A DNA stretch of 64,000 bases. It comes from Entomortierella parvispora E1425. Its lineage: Eukaryota; Fungi; Mortierellomycota. Below, piece by piece: positions 46,180-58,200 of the stretch. Within the stretch, counting starts at the first letter, position 1; the number at the start of each line of letters is the position of its first letter. The position numbers and the translations under genes are program-made. Below the pieces are notes generated by a model. It did no database searches and was not told the origin of the DNA. It saw only the letters and a list, made by a program, of their open reading frames with translations. The stretch is taken from positions 1,922,001 through 1,986,000 of the forward strand of contig BQFW01000014.1 in assembly GCA_020891255.1 (NCBI GenBank). The letters run 5' to 3'.

Positions 46180-47214
46180 ATGGTACAGCTCTAGACAAGC
46201 GTCTTCAGGCTTGCCCTGGTCCTTCATCAACTGTCCCTGAACAACGCTTAAGCTCACGTCGTGACTTTTTCTCCTTGCAATATTCTACCTTTGTTAACAT
46301 TGGCTACCTAGGGCATCATGCTTACAAAGCTGTGGCGCAAGCTACTGAGCAAAGAGGAGGTTAAGATTGTCATTGTTGGTCTAGACAATGCAGGAAAGAC
46401 GACGGTGCTCTACAAACTGTATGTGATTTCTTGGCTAGGCCGATGGATACCGTCATACCAAACAATGGCTGATCGTTGACCTTTTTTACTTGTAATAGTC
46501 TCCTGAACGAGGTTGTGGTGACAACGCCTACGATAGGAAGCAACGTGGAAGAGATCACATACAAGAATATCAAGTTCCTCATGTGGGCAAGTCCTTGTCG
46601 AATTGCTTTGATGAGATGTAGCAGTCGATATCCTCATCATCTTCTTAACCTATTGACATTGCACGCCTTTATATAGGACATAGGAGGGCAAGAGTCTTTG
46701 CGATCTTCATGGAAAACTTACTACGTCAATACAAAAGCCGTGATCATGGTCATTGACAGTTCAGATAAGGAGCGACTTCACATCTCAAAGACAGAACTCC
46801 ACACTATGATGGAATCAGAGGTATACTCGCAGGAATTTTCAAGTCTGTGTTTTTGGCTGGATGATGGACCCATCCTCTAAACACTTCTTTTTCATCCGCA
46901 ATGATGTAGTCACTTCGGAATGCAAGTTTGTTGATCTTTGCCAACAAACAGGACGTCAAAGGTGCACTTAGCGCAGCAAAGATCTCAGAGGCTTTGGCAC
47001 TTTCATCTTTGAAGGATCGGCAGTGGCATATCCAAGCATGCTCAGCACTGACAGGCGAGGGGTGAGATACTGTCACCAAATTGAAATTGAATGACCTCGT
47101 AATTCAACATTATTTTGTCTAATTTTTTTCTATTTTTATTTTTTCAATGCTGTGAATATCTACAGGCTCTTTGAAGGATTGGACTGGATTGTATCCCAGA
47201 TTGGGTCGCATTAA
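46180..47214 (+). CDS. ARL5: ARF-like small GTPase 5, multi-exon
   Basis: MG start (ATG-only first exon), [36 protein letters not shown] and CSALTGEGL. Confidence 0.9.
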
Positions 47215-47246
47215 ACCATCGATAATATATTGCGCCTGCAGGATCA

Positions 47247-49496
47247 TCAATAAAGGGGGCCGCTGGTTCCTAGCGGCCGGTTGTCATCCTCTTCGTCATA
47301 TGAGTATGGCTGATGTTGTTGCTGCTGGTGCTGCTGTTGATGTTGTTGCTGTTGCTCCCATACCATCCGTCTTTGTTCTTGAAGCCATCTCTCTTTTTCT
47401 GCCTCCATAGCTAGATGTTGCTGGTATTGTTGGTGCTGGTATTGCAACTGGTTGGTTCCCTGGGCCTTAGCTAGCTTCTTATCTCTCTCCATTGCTGAGA
47501 TAGCTCCTAGCAGTCCTGTTTGGGGAGGTGGAGGTTTGGGTTCCACATGAATTAACGTTGGTGCTGGACCTGGAGCATGATAGAATGGTTGTGGCGAGTT
47601 GTATGGTAGTGATATGGTCGATATGACAGGCGACGACGGGCTAGATCCGAGCATGGCTCCTACGGTCCGAGGTGGCATCAGCGAATCACGTCCAGAGTTC
47701 GGTCTTGATAAGCCAGCGATGTCGCCTTCAGAGCTATGAGCAAAAGAGGCCATAGATCCCACGCTGTTTCGATATCCTGCAGGAAACCCGCTCGTCAAAA
47801 GACTGGCTCCTACACGACTAGCACCCCCAAACATGGTCGCTCCAGTCAACTGCTCCTGTCGCATACGCTCTTCTTCCTCCTCAATGAAATCAGCAAGCCG
47901 TGGCTGTGGAGTGGTTTGGCGCACGTTTGGAGAGGGATGACCTGCAATTAAAGCCGAGTGCTGCAAAAGTGGTGATGAGGATGGAATTGGGTGATAAGGC
48001 TGCTCCAACAAGCCGCTGTGGAAAGTGTGGCTGGGCGATGAAGCCGGTGGGTAAATGGACTGGAGATTGAACAATGGGCTTGACACTTGCGCGATAGGCG
48101 TCGAATGCAACGCCGAAGGGACTGCCAAAGATGAAGGTGGTGTCTGAGGCGTTTCCAGAATTGGAGCAAAGAGGGGCAGTTGAGGAAGCTGGGGAAGCTG
48201 GGGAAGGTCCAAGGGTAACTGACTCAACTGCTGCTGCTTCTCTCCCAATGGAACGTCGTCGTCATCGCTGTTTGCTCCACTGCTGCCCCTCTGCTGATCA
48301 ACCACCGATCCGTTTGCACTGTTCCCTCGAGAGTGAAGAAAATGCATGGCTTGCAATTGCTGTTGGTGCTGCTGCTGTTGCTGAAGGACCAGGAGCTGGT
48401 ATGCTTGTTGTTGCTGGTGCATGGTGGCAATCTGAATCTGCTGTTGTTGCATAATCATCATCATCTCCTGCTGCTGTTGTTGATACATGGCCATGGAGTT
48501 GGCTAGATTGGCCGTTGCTGCACTATCGCTGAGGCTGCTGCTGCTGTTCACTGATCCCATGGACACGCTGCCAGATAGGAACGAATGGTTTGGCAGAGGA
48601 CTGTGGATAAAACTTGGGTTGGCCATGGTCGTGCTATGGCCGCCGTTCATGTTGACGGGTGAATGAGCGACTCCAGGATGGACAGGTGGAGGGGTCAGGA
48701 CTTTGGCTGACTTTGGTGCCGCCTGGATCGGTTCTTCGTCCGACTCTGTGTCCGAGTTGACAGGCGCCTTGCGAACATAGTTCTGCCCAGGTTTGCTAGA
48801 TATATGAGTGCTGCTGAAAGGGCGGACGAGTCCAGAAATGGCGCTGTCCGAACCGCTGTCGTCGTCTTTCTTGCTGCTAGGGATGACAGCTGATCCTAAG
48901 AGAGAGGTGACGCCTTTTGATCCAGTAGAGAAGGCTTCTTGGTGCTTCTCTTTGCTCTTTCCGATGTGGTCACTGTCGTCCTCTTCAGACTCTGAGTCAG
49001 AGTTCACGGGCGCCTTCCTCACGTAGTTCTGACCAGGTCGCGTGGGTGTTTTGGAAGGAACAGGAACGGCACGACGGAACTGCTGAGAGATTTTGAGATG
49101 CTGGTCATTGAAGGCATCTGGTTGAAGGGTGGTTGAATGCTCTGGATCCCGATCGCTGTCCTGAAGTGCCAGAACGAAATCCGGGAGGCTAATGCTGCTA
49201 GTTCCTTTCTTCTCATTGGCATGGTCTTCATCACTGTACTCTTCGTCCTCCTCTTGAATATTGTCGTCGTCATCATTGTCATCGTCATCGTCCTCCGAGT
49301 CGGACCCTACAGGACCCTTTCTCACGTATCCAGGCCGTCTTCCAGGGCGAAAAGAGGATCGGGCAGGAGACTGATCCCCAGGGGGTGGCGAATCGATCGC
49401 ATGGGTCACAAAGGAGACGGATCGTTTGGGCTTTGTGGCACGGTTGAGGGCCGGTGCTTGTGAGGGCGTGAGGGTTGGTGAGGGTGCAGAGGCCAT
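47247..49496 (-). CDS. Single-exon Ser/Pro/Gln-rich disordered protein, 749 aa, unknown function
   Basis: Long ORF with coding-like composition, three copies of YVRK(A/G)PVxSD(S/T)E and Gln tracts. Confidence 0.75.
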   Translation of the reverse strand: MASAPSPTLTPSQAPALNRATKPKRSVSFVTHAIDSPPPGDQSPARSSFRPGRRPGYVRKGPVGSDSEDDDDDNDDDDNIQEEDEEYSDEDHANEKKGTSSISLPDFVLALQDSDRDPEHSTTLQPDAFNDQHLKISQQFRRAVPVPSKTPTRPGQNYVRKAPVNSDSESEEDDSDHIGKSKEKHQEAFSTGSKGVTSLLGSAVIPSSKKDDDSGSDSAISGLVRPFSSTHISSKPGQNYVRKAPVNSDTESDEEPIQAAPKSAKVLTPPPVHPGVAHSPVNMNGGHSTTMANPSFIHSPLPNHSFLSGSVSMGSVNSSSSLSDSAATANLANSMAMYQQQQQEMMMIMQQQQIQIATMHQQQQAYQLLVLQQQQQHQQQLQAMHFLHSRGNSANGSVVDQQRGSSGANSDDDDVPLGEKQQQLSQLPLDLPQLPQLPQLPLFAPILETPQTPPSSLAVPSALHSTPIAQVSSPLFNLQSIYPPASSPSHTFHSGLLEQPYHPIPSSSPLLQHSALIAGHPSPNVRQTTPQPRLADFIEEEEERMRQEQLTGATMFGGASRVGASLLTSGFPAGYRNSVGSMASFAHSSEGDIAGLSRPNSGRDSLMPPRTVGAMLGSSPSSPVISTISLPYNSPQPFYHAPGPAPTLIHVEPKPPPPQTGLLGAISAMERDKKLAKAQGTNQLQYQHQQYQQHLAMEAEKERWLQEQRRMVWEQQQQHQQQHQQQQHQPYSYDEEDDNRPLGTSGPLY

Positions 49497-49636
49497 GCCA
49501 GGGATTGAGGGAGGCGCGCGAAGGCGAAGGCAAAGGCAAAGGGCGAGAGAGTGGCGGAGAAGAGAACAAAAAGCGAAACGAAACGAAAGAAGGGACGAAA
49601 CAAAAAAGGTTCTGAAATAGAACTTTTCTTTTTTTA

Positions 49637-50710
49637 CTAATTACACGCAGCAGCTCCCTCACTGAACTTGATGCCCATGTTTGCCAGCACTTCAGGGACG
49701 CCATTGAGCTCGGTCCAGAACGGGCGCAGGTGGTGGCTCTCCAGTCGCTCCTGCCAGAGTCGGAAGTCCTTGAACATCACCTGGTCGGCAACAGACTTGC
49801 GCAGGTGAATTTCGACCTGCATCTGTGTGAACGGCAATATCTCAAAAGTCTGCATCCATTGATCTAGTACTTTGTATTCGTCTCTCTCCAGACCCATGTT
49901 CATAAGGTCAATCCACTCGTGACCATTCTCGCCCATGATCGTCTCGAGAGTTCTGTACGTCTTTTCCGTCGCGGCCCACACGATCCGACTTGCGCACATA
50001 TATGTTCTCGGGAAGATGAATCTTTGGGTTGTCCTTTATCTACGACGTGAAACCAAGAGCGATGAGCAAAATGTCGGTCGCCATACCAAAAATATCGTTT
50101 CATTTTATTTTTTTTCAAAAGCAGTTATTAAACCATCCTCACCTTGTCGGATTTCCCAAAGGTCTGGTACGTAAGCCCAGACCTCGCTGTTGGCGCGCTT
50201 GATCAGCTCGAGCTCAATCGTGAACCAATTGGCCAGACAGAATGAGTAGACAACACAGGGCCGATGGACTTTCTTTTCTTCATAGACACTTAGGCCGCAG
50301 ACCCATTTGCCTCCATCACTGAACTTGCCGATCCTCTCAACCTCGTGTGGACAGTTGAACACAGGCTGAAAGTACCATCACCACTCCATGTAATGATTAG
50401 TAAGTCGCCAACTAAGTGGTGACTAAGGTATAAAAGAAAAAAAAGTTGGGAAAGGATTTTCTACAATTCATGAACAACACGCGTCGAAAAAGCGGATTCT
50501 TACTCGGCCAGAGAGCCATATTTCAACATATGCGCTGTCCGTGCTTCGATATGCCGCTGATAGAGGGCCTCTGAACGCTCTAGCAACCATACAATACTGG
50601 AGGTCCTTGACAAGTTTGAGCCGGTGAAAAACTACTGTAGTAGGAGAACCAGGCCCGCAAGGATTATCACGACTGTGCCTGGTCTTGCCCTCACGAGGTT
50701 TCGGCTAGAT
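49637..50710 (-). pseudogene. Methyltransf_22/METTL24-like methyltransferase pseudogene
   Basis: FNCPHEVERIGKFSDGGKWVCG...CVVYSF and LERSEALYQRH are family motifs. There are in-frame stops at 50632-50634 (TAG, after the TM helix) and 50378-50380 (TGA). The family's KIDIEG-like motif reads NMGLER. Confidence 0.7.
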
Positions 50711-50973
50711 TCCACGAGAGCAGAATGACAAAAGATTTTAGGGGAGTAAGAAGAGTGAACGCTCAACGGCCTAGGGGGTTCATGGTATAATATAAATCCA
50801 CGCAGTATTTACGTCACCGTAAAAAAGTGGGTATCTACTACTTACAATCTTTATTTCCCTGCGCAGTGCCTTCAAGCAGGCGAAGCACATCCATCAATCC
50901 ATCAATCCCTTCATTCATTTTCATTTCATTCTCCCCTTTTCTTCACGCACGCTTCGCTCGGCTGCTCCTTATC

Positions 50974-53900
50974 ATGGCCCGACCTCGCAGCCCCCACGAC
51001 AGCTATGGAGACTACTCACCCTCATCCGCCAAGCGATCGCGTCTGTCCTCGCCTGGCGCCATTCAATCGCCTTCATCCATCGCCGCTTCCTCGAGGGCCT
51101 CTGGTACTGGCCACGGCACCTTGAGATCCGACGCCATGACCGATATGGATATTGATAACCGCTCGAGATCTAAAGATAGAGAACATCGTTCTCGTTCATC
51201 GCACGATCGTGATCGAGGCCACTACACCTCCTCGCATCATAATGGCCGAGATCGAGAAAGAGATCGAGATCGGGATAGGGAATCAAGGCATGGACATCGG
51301 AGCCGCGACTACGATCGGGACAGAGATCGGGACCGATACCGAGATAGATATCATCGGGAGAGATCTAGAGACCGCGAACACCGTGATTACCGTGAACATT
51401 ACGATTCAAGGAGCCGGGAAACTGGACCAGAACGTGACGGCGAACGGTATAGGCATGGAGGTCGGGAACATGATCATGACAGAACGAGGGAATATGAATC
51501 GCGCTCGAGGTCATCCTCGCGACCATTAGAGGCAATGGATAGCTCCCGATCCAATTCTAGGGCTGCAGAAGACCGGGAATCACGATCGACTCCCACAAGA
51601 GACCATTCCCAAATTGCCACGCCAGTATCGCAAGAAAACGCCTATCAAGCACCTTCAAAGTCGCCTGCAACCCCACAAACAACAGCAACTGCTACATTGC
51701 CGACTTTAAAGGAAATATCTAACTCTTCAACAACACCTGCAGTGGAATCGACTTTGCCAAAGCCCGTTTCGTTTACACCAACGAAAATGCAGCCTGTTAC
51801 GTTCTCTCAGACAATGAAACCAGTATCTTTCAAACCGCTGGGAGGAGGGCTGGCTCGTGGACTTCAGGTAATGCAGATTTATGACGCATGCTTTGCGGTG
51901 TTTGGATATATTGAGGATTTTTGTAACTGACCAATGCGCTTGGTTTTGATTAGATGAAGACTCCAGTTTCCATGTCCCTTTCGATGAATAACTCCTCGAC
52001 ACCCTCTACCACTCCAACAGCAATCTCTGCCGCATTTGGAGACTCTGAAGTGATTAGGAAGCGCAGGGAGAATGTGTTGCAATGGAGATTAGAGAGAGAA
52101 GCCACCAAGAAAGCAGAAGAGCAGGCAAAGTTGAACGAAACTGGAGGAACACCTACCGTCGATGACATCTCTGTAGCGGCGCCGACAAAGCCCTGGAGCT
52201 GGGATGATGATGATGACGAAGAAAGCAGCCCTGCCCCATCTGCTGAAAAGGATGCCAATGGAGATGTGGTCATGACTCAAAAAGATGAACAGGGTGAAGA
52301 AAAGCCTCAGACAGATACGAGTGCCATGGAAGAAGATGAAGTGGACCCACTTGATGCCTTTATGGTCGACGTCACAGCAGAGGTCAAGGAACTTGAGCAG
52401 AAGGAGCAGAAGAGAGACACAAAACAAGCAAATGCCTCTCAGGCCACTACAGGAAATACTGGTGATGATGGAGCAAAGTTAGGAGCGAATGGCGTGTTAG
52501 ACGATGACGAGGAGGAACTTCAAGAGTCATCTGAAGAGGAAGACATCTTGGCTATGGCTGCAAAGAGGATAAAACGGAAGGATATCCCGCCAGTGGACCA
52601 TGCCAAGATGAACTATGAGCCTTTCAGGAAAAACTTCTATTTGGAGCCACCAGAGATGGCAGATCTTACCCCAGAAGAAGTCCACACTCTGCGGTTGGAA
52701 CTGGATGGAATCAAGATTAGAGGAGCAGACTGTCCAAAACCCATTCGAAAATGGACACAGGCCGGACTGCCTGCTGGATGGTAAAGAGAAAGCTTTATGT
52801 TGTGATGGTATCGGCAATGAGGAATACTAACTGTTTGTGTGCCTTTTAAACATAGTATTCAAGTGATCAAGGACAAGCTGAACTATGCTGCACCAACTTC
52901 TATTCAGTGTCAGGCTATCCCTGCCATCATGAGTGGCCGCGATGTTATTGCCGTGGCAAAGACGGGAAGTGGAAAAACTATTGCGTTTATCCTGCCTATG
53001 CTTCGCCATATCAAGGATCAAAGGCCTCTAGAGAACATGGAGGGACCCATTGCCATCATTATGACGCCTACGCGAGAGCTGGCAGTGCAAATTCACAAAG
53101 AATGCAAAAATTTCTTGAAGGTTTTGAACCTGCGAGCTGTCTGCGCATATGGTGGATCTCCCATCAAAGACCAGATCGCGGAGCTCAAGCGAGGCGCGGA
53201 GATTATCGTATGCACCCCTGGACGTCTTATTGACCTGCTGTGCGCCAACTCGGGAAGGGTCACCAACCTCAGGAGAACGACATTCATGGTTCTGGACGAG
53301 GCTGATCGCATGTTCGACATGGGCTTTGAACCCCAAGTAATGAAGATCGTAAACAGCGTTCGACCACAGCGGCAGGTAGTTCTGTTCTCGGCCACTTTTC
53401 CAAAACAGATGGAAGCCCTTGCCCGGAAGCTACTAAAGCGCCCTCTGGAGATCACTGTTGGAGCACGCTCTGTTGTTGGTGCAGATATTACTCAGATTGT
53501 GGAGGTCCGATCGGACGAATCAAGGTTCAATAGGCTGTTGGAAATCCTGGGCAAGGCCTTTTTCGATGACCCCGAATCTCGAATCCTGATCTTTGTCAGC
53601 CGTCAAGATGCGGCGGACACTCTATTGAGTAAACTGATTCGAAGTGGACATGTCAGTATGTCCATCCACGGCGGAAAAGTAAGTCAGAGCAGATATGTTC
53701 ATAAGGCTGCTGAGGGGAGGTTTTTTTTTAAAAAAAAAAAAATTGAATTCTGACAGACGTTTGGTTAATTAATAGGATCAAGTCGACCGAGATGCTGCTA
53801 TTTCAGACTTCAAGTCTGGCGTCTGCCAAATTCTTATCGCAACTTCCGTAGCAGCGCGAGGTCTCGATGTGAAGAAACTTGGAATCGTGATTAACTATGA

Positions 53901-55096
53901 CTGTCCAAACCACATGGAGGATTACGTCCATCGTGTTGGTCGTACTGGCCGCGCCGGCAACAAGGGCATTGCATACACATTCATTACGCCTGAACAGGAA
54001 AGGTTCGCTCCTGATATCGCCAAAGCATTGACCAACAGCTCCACAGCCGTACCGGCCGATCTACAGGCGCTAGTGGACTCTTTCCACGAAAAGATCAAAT
54101 CGGGCGACGCGAAACAGACTGCCTCCGGATTTGGTGGAAAAGGATTAGAAAAACTTGAACAAGAGCGTGACAAGGTTCTGGCCATCCAGAAGAAGGTAAA
54201 CATTTTTTTGGCTAAGAATATGGGGCTCAATTACTGGAAATCGCTGCTGCATTGCTGAATCTTGTCTACTTGACTAATCGTTATTATTCATATTCTCTGT
54301 AGACATACGGAGGCGGAGAGGATGAGGAAGGATCCGACAATGAGGGCGAAGGAGAAGAATTTGTCTTGGAGACCAAGCAAGTCACTCCCGGCATTACTGC
54401 CACTAAGGCGGCTGCCAATGACGCTTCAGATGCTGACACCAAAGCCGCGTCCACGAGTGCGAACGGAACAGGGGCTTCTGGGGCACCAGGAGCTCCCCCC
54501 AATTTGGCAGAATGTAAGTTGAATCTAAGAACATAGTTACACCAAATGATATATTTAGTAGTTCTAACACACCTCATCCCATTTCTCTACTATTAGCCCT
54601 TCGACTGGCCAAGGAAGCAGCAGATCGACTGGATCAGACTTTGGGTGGCGCTGCCAAGCAGAGGGCAATGGAAGTAATCAACAACTTGAACCGTGCCCGT
54701 CCTGGAGCAGCTGAAGCAGGATCCACTGGTAATACCGGAGGAACTGGTCATGGACGCGACAGTGGATTTGCAGTGGAGATTGAGGTCAACAAGTACTCTC
54801 AGAGAGCCCGTCTGATGGTGACGCAAAAGATGATGATCAACCAGATCTCCGAGTACTCTGGAGCAGCCATTACGACTCGCGGTATCTTTGTGGAGGAAGG
54901 AAAGCAGCCACCTCCAGGAGAGAGGAAACTTCACTTGTTTGTGGAGGGTGACTCTCAGTATGTGATTGACAAGGCGCAGAATGAGATCCTGCGTATCCTT
55001 CGAGAGGAAACATTGAATGCAAAGGATACGGGACGCAGCGGTGGCGGTGGCGGTGGAGGAGGTGGAGGTGGAGGAAAATTCATCATGCCAAAATGA
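50974..55096 (+). CDS. PRP5: Pre-mRNA splicing DEAD-box helicase Prp5/DDX46, multi-exon
   Basis: RS/RD-rich N-terminus, [45 protein letters not shown] and a C-terminal KH-like AITTRG region. Confidence 0.96.
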
Positions 55097-55242
55097 ACAA
55101 CCTGTTCACTGTAATAAAACCTTTTTTCGCGTAGAATTTGAAGTTTGTATATTTCAAAATCGCGATGATATATAATGTGAAGATTAGGATGAGAGATTTG
55201 AGGGAAAAGAAGAGTGGCTAGAGGTATGAGTGCAAGTTGTGT

Positions 55243-58200
55243 TCAGTGGCGATGGTCCAATGACCCAATATCATGCTTGCCGTCACAGCACTGTCGCACA
55301 TGCTCTGGCAACTCTTCGTCCTCATCGTCGTCTTCTTCGTCTCCCTCCAACTCCTCGGTCGCATGGCCATGCTCCGCATCCGCGTCAACATAGTGCAATC
55401 CCTGCTGTGAGAGACCCTCGGGCTGCTGCTGCCCTTCTTCGTAATACCCATACTCATCGTCCTCGTAATCATACGGCTCACCAGTTGCCATCCTAAACTT
55501 TGAGCTAGCCGGGGTCATCGGATCAAAGGTAGAAGATGCCTGCGTGATAGGCCTCTCATGGAATGGGGCATATCCGCCGATCGAGCCTTGACGTCCCCCA
55601 GACATTTGACTGGGGAGAGCACCAACAATCTGTGGCTGCTGAGGTTGAGAACGGTAGCCGAGCTCAGAGGACTGAGGGGGCCGAGCAGACTGCTGCTGGG
55701 CCATGGCGATTCCCGAGAGGGACGACGAAGAAGTCGTCGTGAACTGCTGCTGTTGCTGCTGTGGATACGAAGAAGGAGGGCCTCCTGCGCCAGGCGACCC
55801 AACAGGTGAGTTCTCTTTCGAGCGACCAAACATTGTCTGGAATCGATTGAATGATCCCTTCTTTCGGACAGAGCGGTCGGTCCGGATCGTCAGCAACGCT
55901 TCCCCCTGGCCACCGTTCCCGTGGCCACCGTTGCCGGGGGGGATTTGACTGCCGCTCGAGGTTTTCGTGGCTTGCACCTCTGACCATGTCTGATTATCCG
56001 AGGCAACGTCTGCACCGGGGGTCGAAGGTCTGGACAAGAGATAAGCGAGGGACTGTCAAACACAAAAGACAAAAAAGAAAAGAACATGAGGAATTAGCCG
56101 AGATTTAGGAAGGGAGATCAAGACAACATGAAAATAATAAATAAGAAAAAATATCGAACCTGGAACCACAGGTCGTGCTTTTGACGCGTGGGGGCTGTCA
56201 GTTTGAGATTACGGCTTGGTGTCTGGACCAATAAACTAACATTGGGCACATCAGGGTCCGTAGAAGGGGTCTCATCCGTGATTTGGAAAACGGCCACAAT
56301 GAGTGCTAACATAGAGCAAAAGATGTAGGAAATAGGATGAGATGTCTGCGAGACCAAGATGTTGACTGTCAAAAAAAAAAAAAAAAAAAAAAAAAATACC
56401 GCTCTTGGCCCGATTTTCCTTGGATCCTTCAGCAGAAGGATTGTTCAGACTCCAGTACATGGTCTTTGTGTAAGGATGGACCCAGAAGTATCTCTTGTGC
56501 TTCTTTTCACTGATAACGCTCGCCATCGGACGACGCGTGTACTTCCAAAGATAATCACCAATCATGGTTTGAGTGATCACCTGGATCATAGTGGGATCCG
56601 CAGTGGCGGTGGCCGATGGAGGACCTCCAGCACCATCCTCATACTGCGAACTGACAGAGAGTCGCCGAGGATAATCCTGTCCGCCATAATCTGTCGACAC
56701 ACTCGACATGGATCCATTGGGTGAAGGTCGGTACCGAGCTCGGCGGCCAACACTGGGAGCTCTGGACGATTCCGATGGGTGGTGGGGTTGCTGTTGTTGT
56801 TGTTGTTGCTGCTGTTGTTGCTGCTGGCTTTCAGGAATGTGCACTTGGCTGGCACTGTTATTAAAGGTGTAGGCCGTGCGTGTGGATCCTGAAATAAAGG
56901 CAGCACCTGTCGAGCGCGGCGATCGCGATTGAGGGAGAGGTGTAAGACCCAGAGGAGGCGGGGATGAACTGGTAAATCTTTGCTCTGATCTTATAGACGA
57001 AGTTCGCACTGGATATCCAGAGTGCACTGGAGCTGGTCTGCTGATATCTTCCACACCATGAACCGATGTGAAAGGGTCGTTAGCAGTCATGGCATTTGTG
57101 CTTGATACATTCAAGAACGTTGGGTCGACCTCTCCGAGTGAAAGAGCATCCAAATCAGTGGCTAGACTGGTGCGTGTAGCTGCACGAGCCAACAGATTGG
57201 AGGGAGGGCCTGTAGACGGTCGGCCTGGGGATAGAATGCCGATCGGCTCTGCTTGCTGCAATTCATATGGCTGTAGTTGATGACTGTCACGATCTTCTTC
57301 GTCTGTAGGATCAGCGGATAAAGAGATCTTGGGAGAGGCTGGCAATGCCAAAGTCTCTGCAATATCTACGGAATCAGAAGAGAACACAGAGTCCTCAAAT
57401 GCTGAACCAAACAATGATCCACTTTCCACTGTAGGCCTGTGTAAATGGACAGTTGCAGGCCGAGAAGAAGGTGCAACTTTAGGCACTGTTGGTACAGGCG
57501 GGATCGAGTGAAGTGGTAGGTCTGAGATCGCTTGACTCATATCGCAAGTATGGCGGCGATCATCGTTCAGAGGGATGCTCGAAAGTACAGGCCGAAGCAC
57601 AGGCTCGTCCATCTCCAGTTCAGATTCTTCAGATTCGCTTCCTCCAGGAAGGCGGGAATGAGAAGCGACGCCCATGGCCGACGACTCATTGGCTCGAGAG
57701 CGCGCTTGAGTTTGGCTTTGCACTTCTGGTGCACGAAGAGGGGCCACATCGAGGCCAGCGACAGTAGGCGTGCTCGCCATATCGTGATCTGAAGCACCAC
57801 TAGACTTTACATTATTCCTGGACTGTTCAGTGTAGATTCGCGTGAGCATGTCGTGTCTCTGACCACTTCCTGTATGGCTCACGGTTTGTAAATCTTCGGT
57901 TGATGTAGCGATATCCACCACGATTGGTTTTGTAGTGTTGGTAGTGCTATCAGTCACAATCGGCTTAACAGTGCTGGTGGTGTTATCTGCAACGATTGGC
58001 TTTGTGGTATTAGTAGTGCTATCCGCCACGGCAGGCTTAGTAGTGTTGGTGGTACTATCCACAACGATCGGTCTAGCCGTGCTGACTGCGCTATCTGCTA
58101 CAGTTGACTCGGTGGTGTCGGTGGCACTATCCATGGCAATAGAGGCAGATGTATTGGTCGCGTTGCTATCCGCTACAATTGACCCAGTGGCGCTGGTGGT

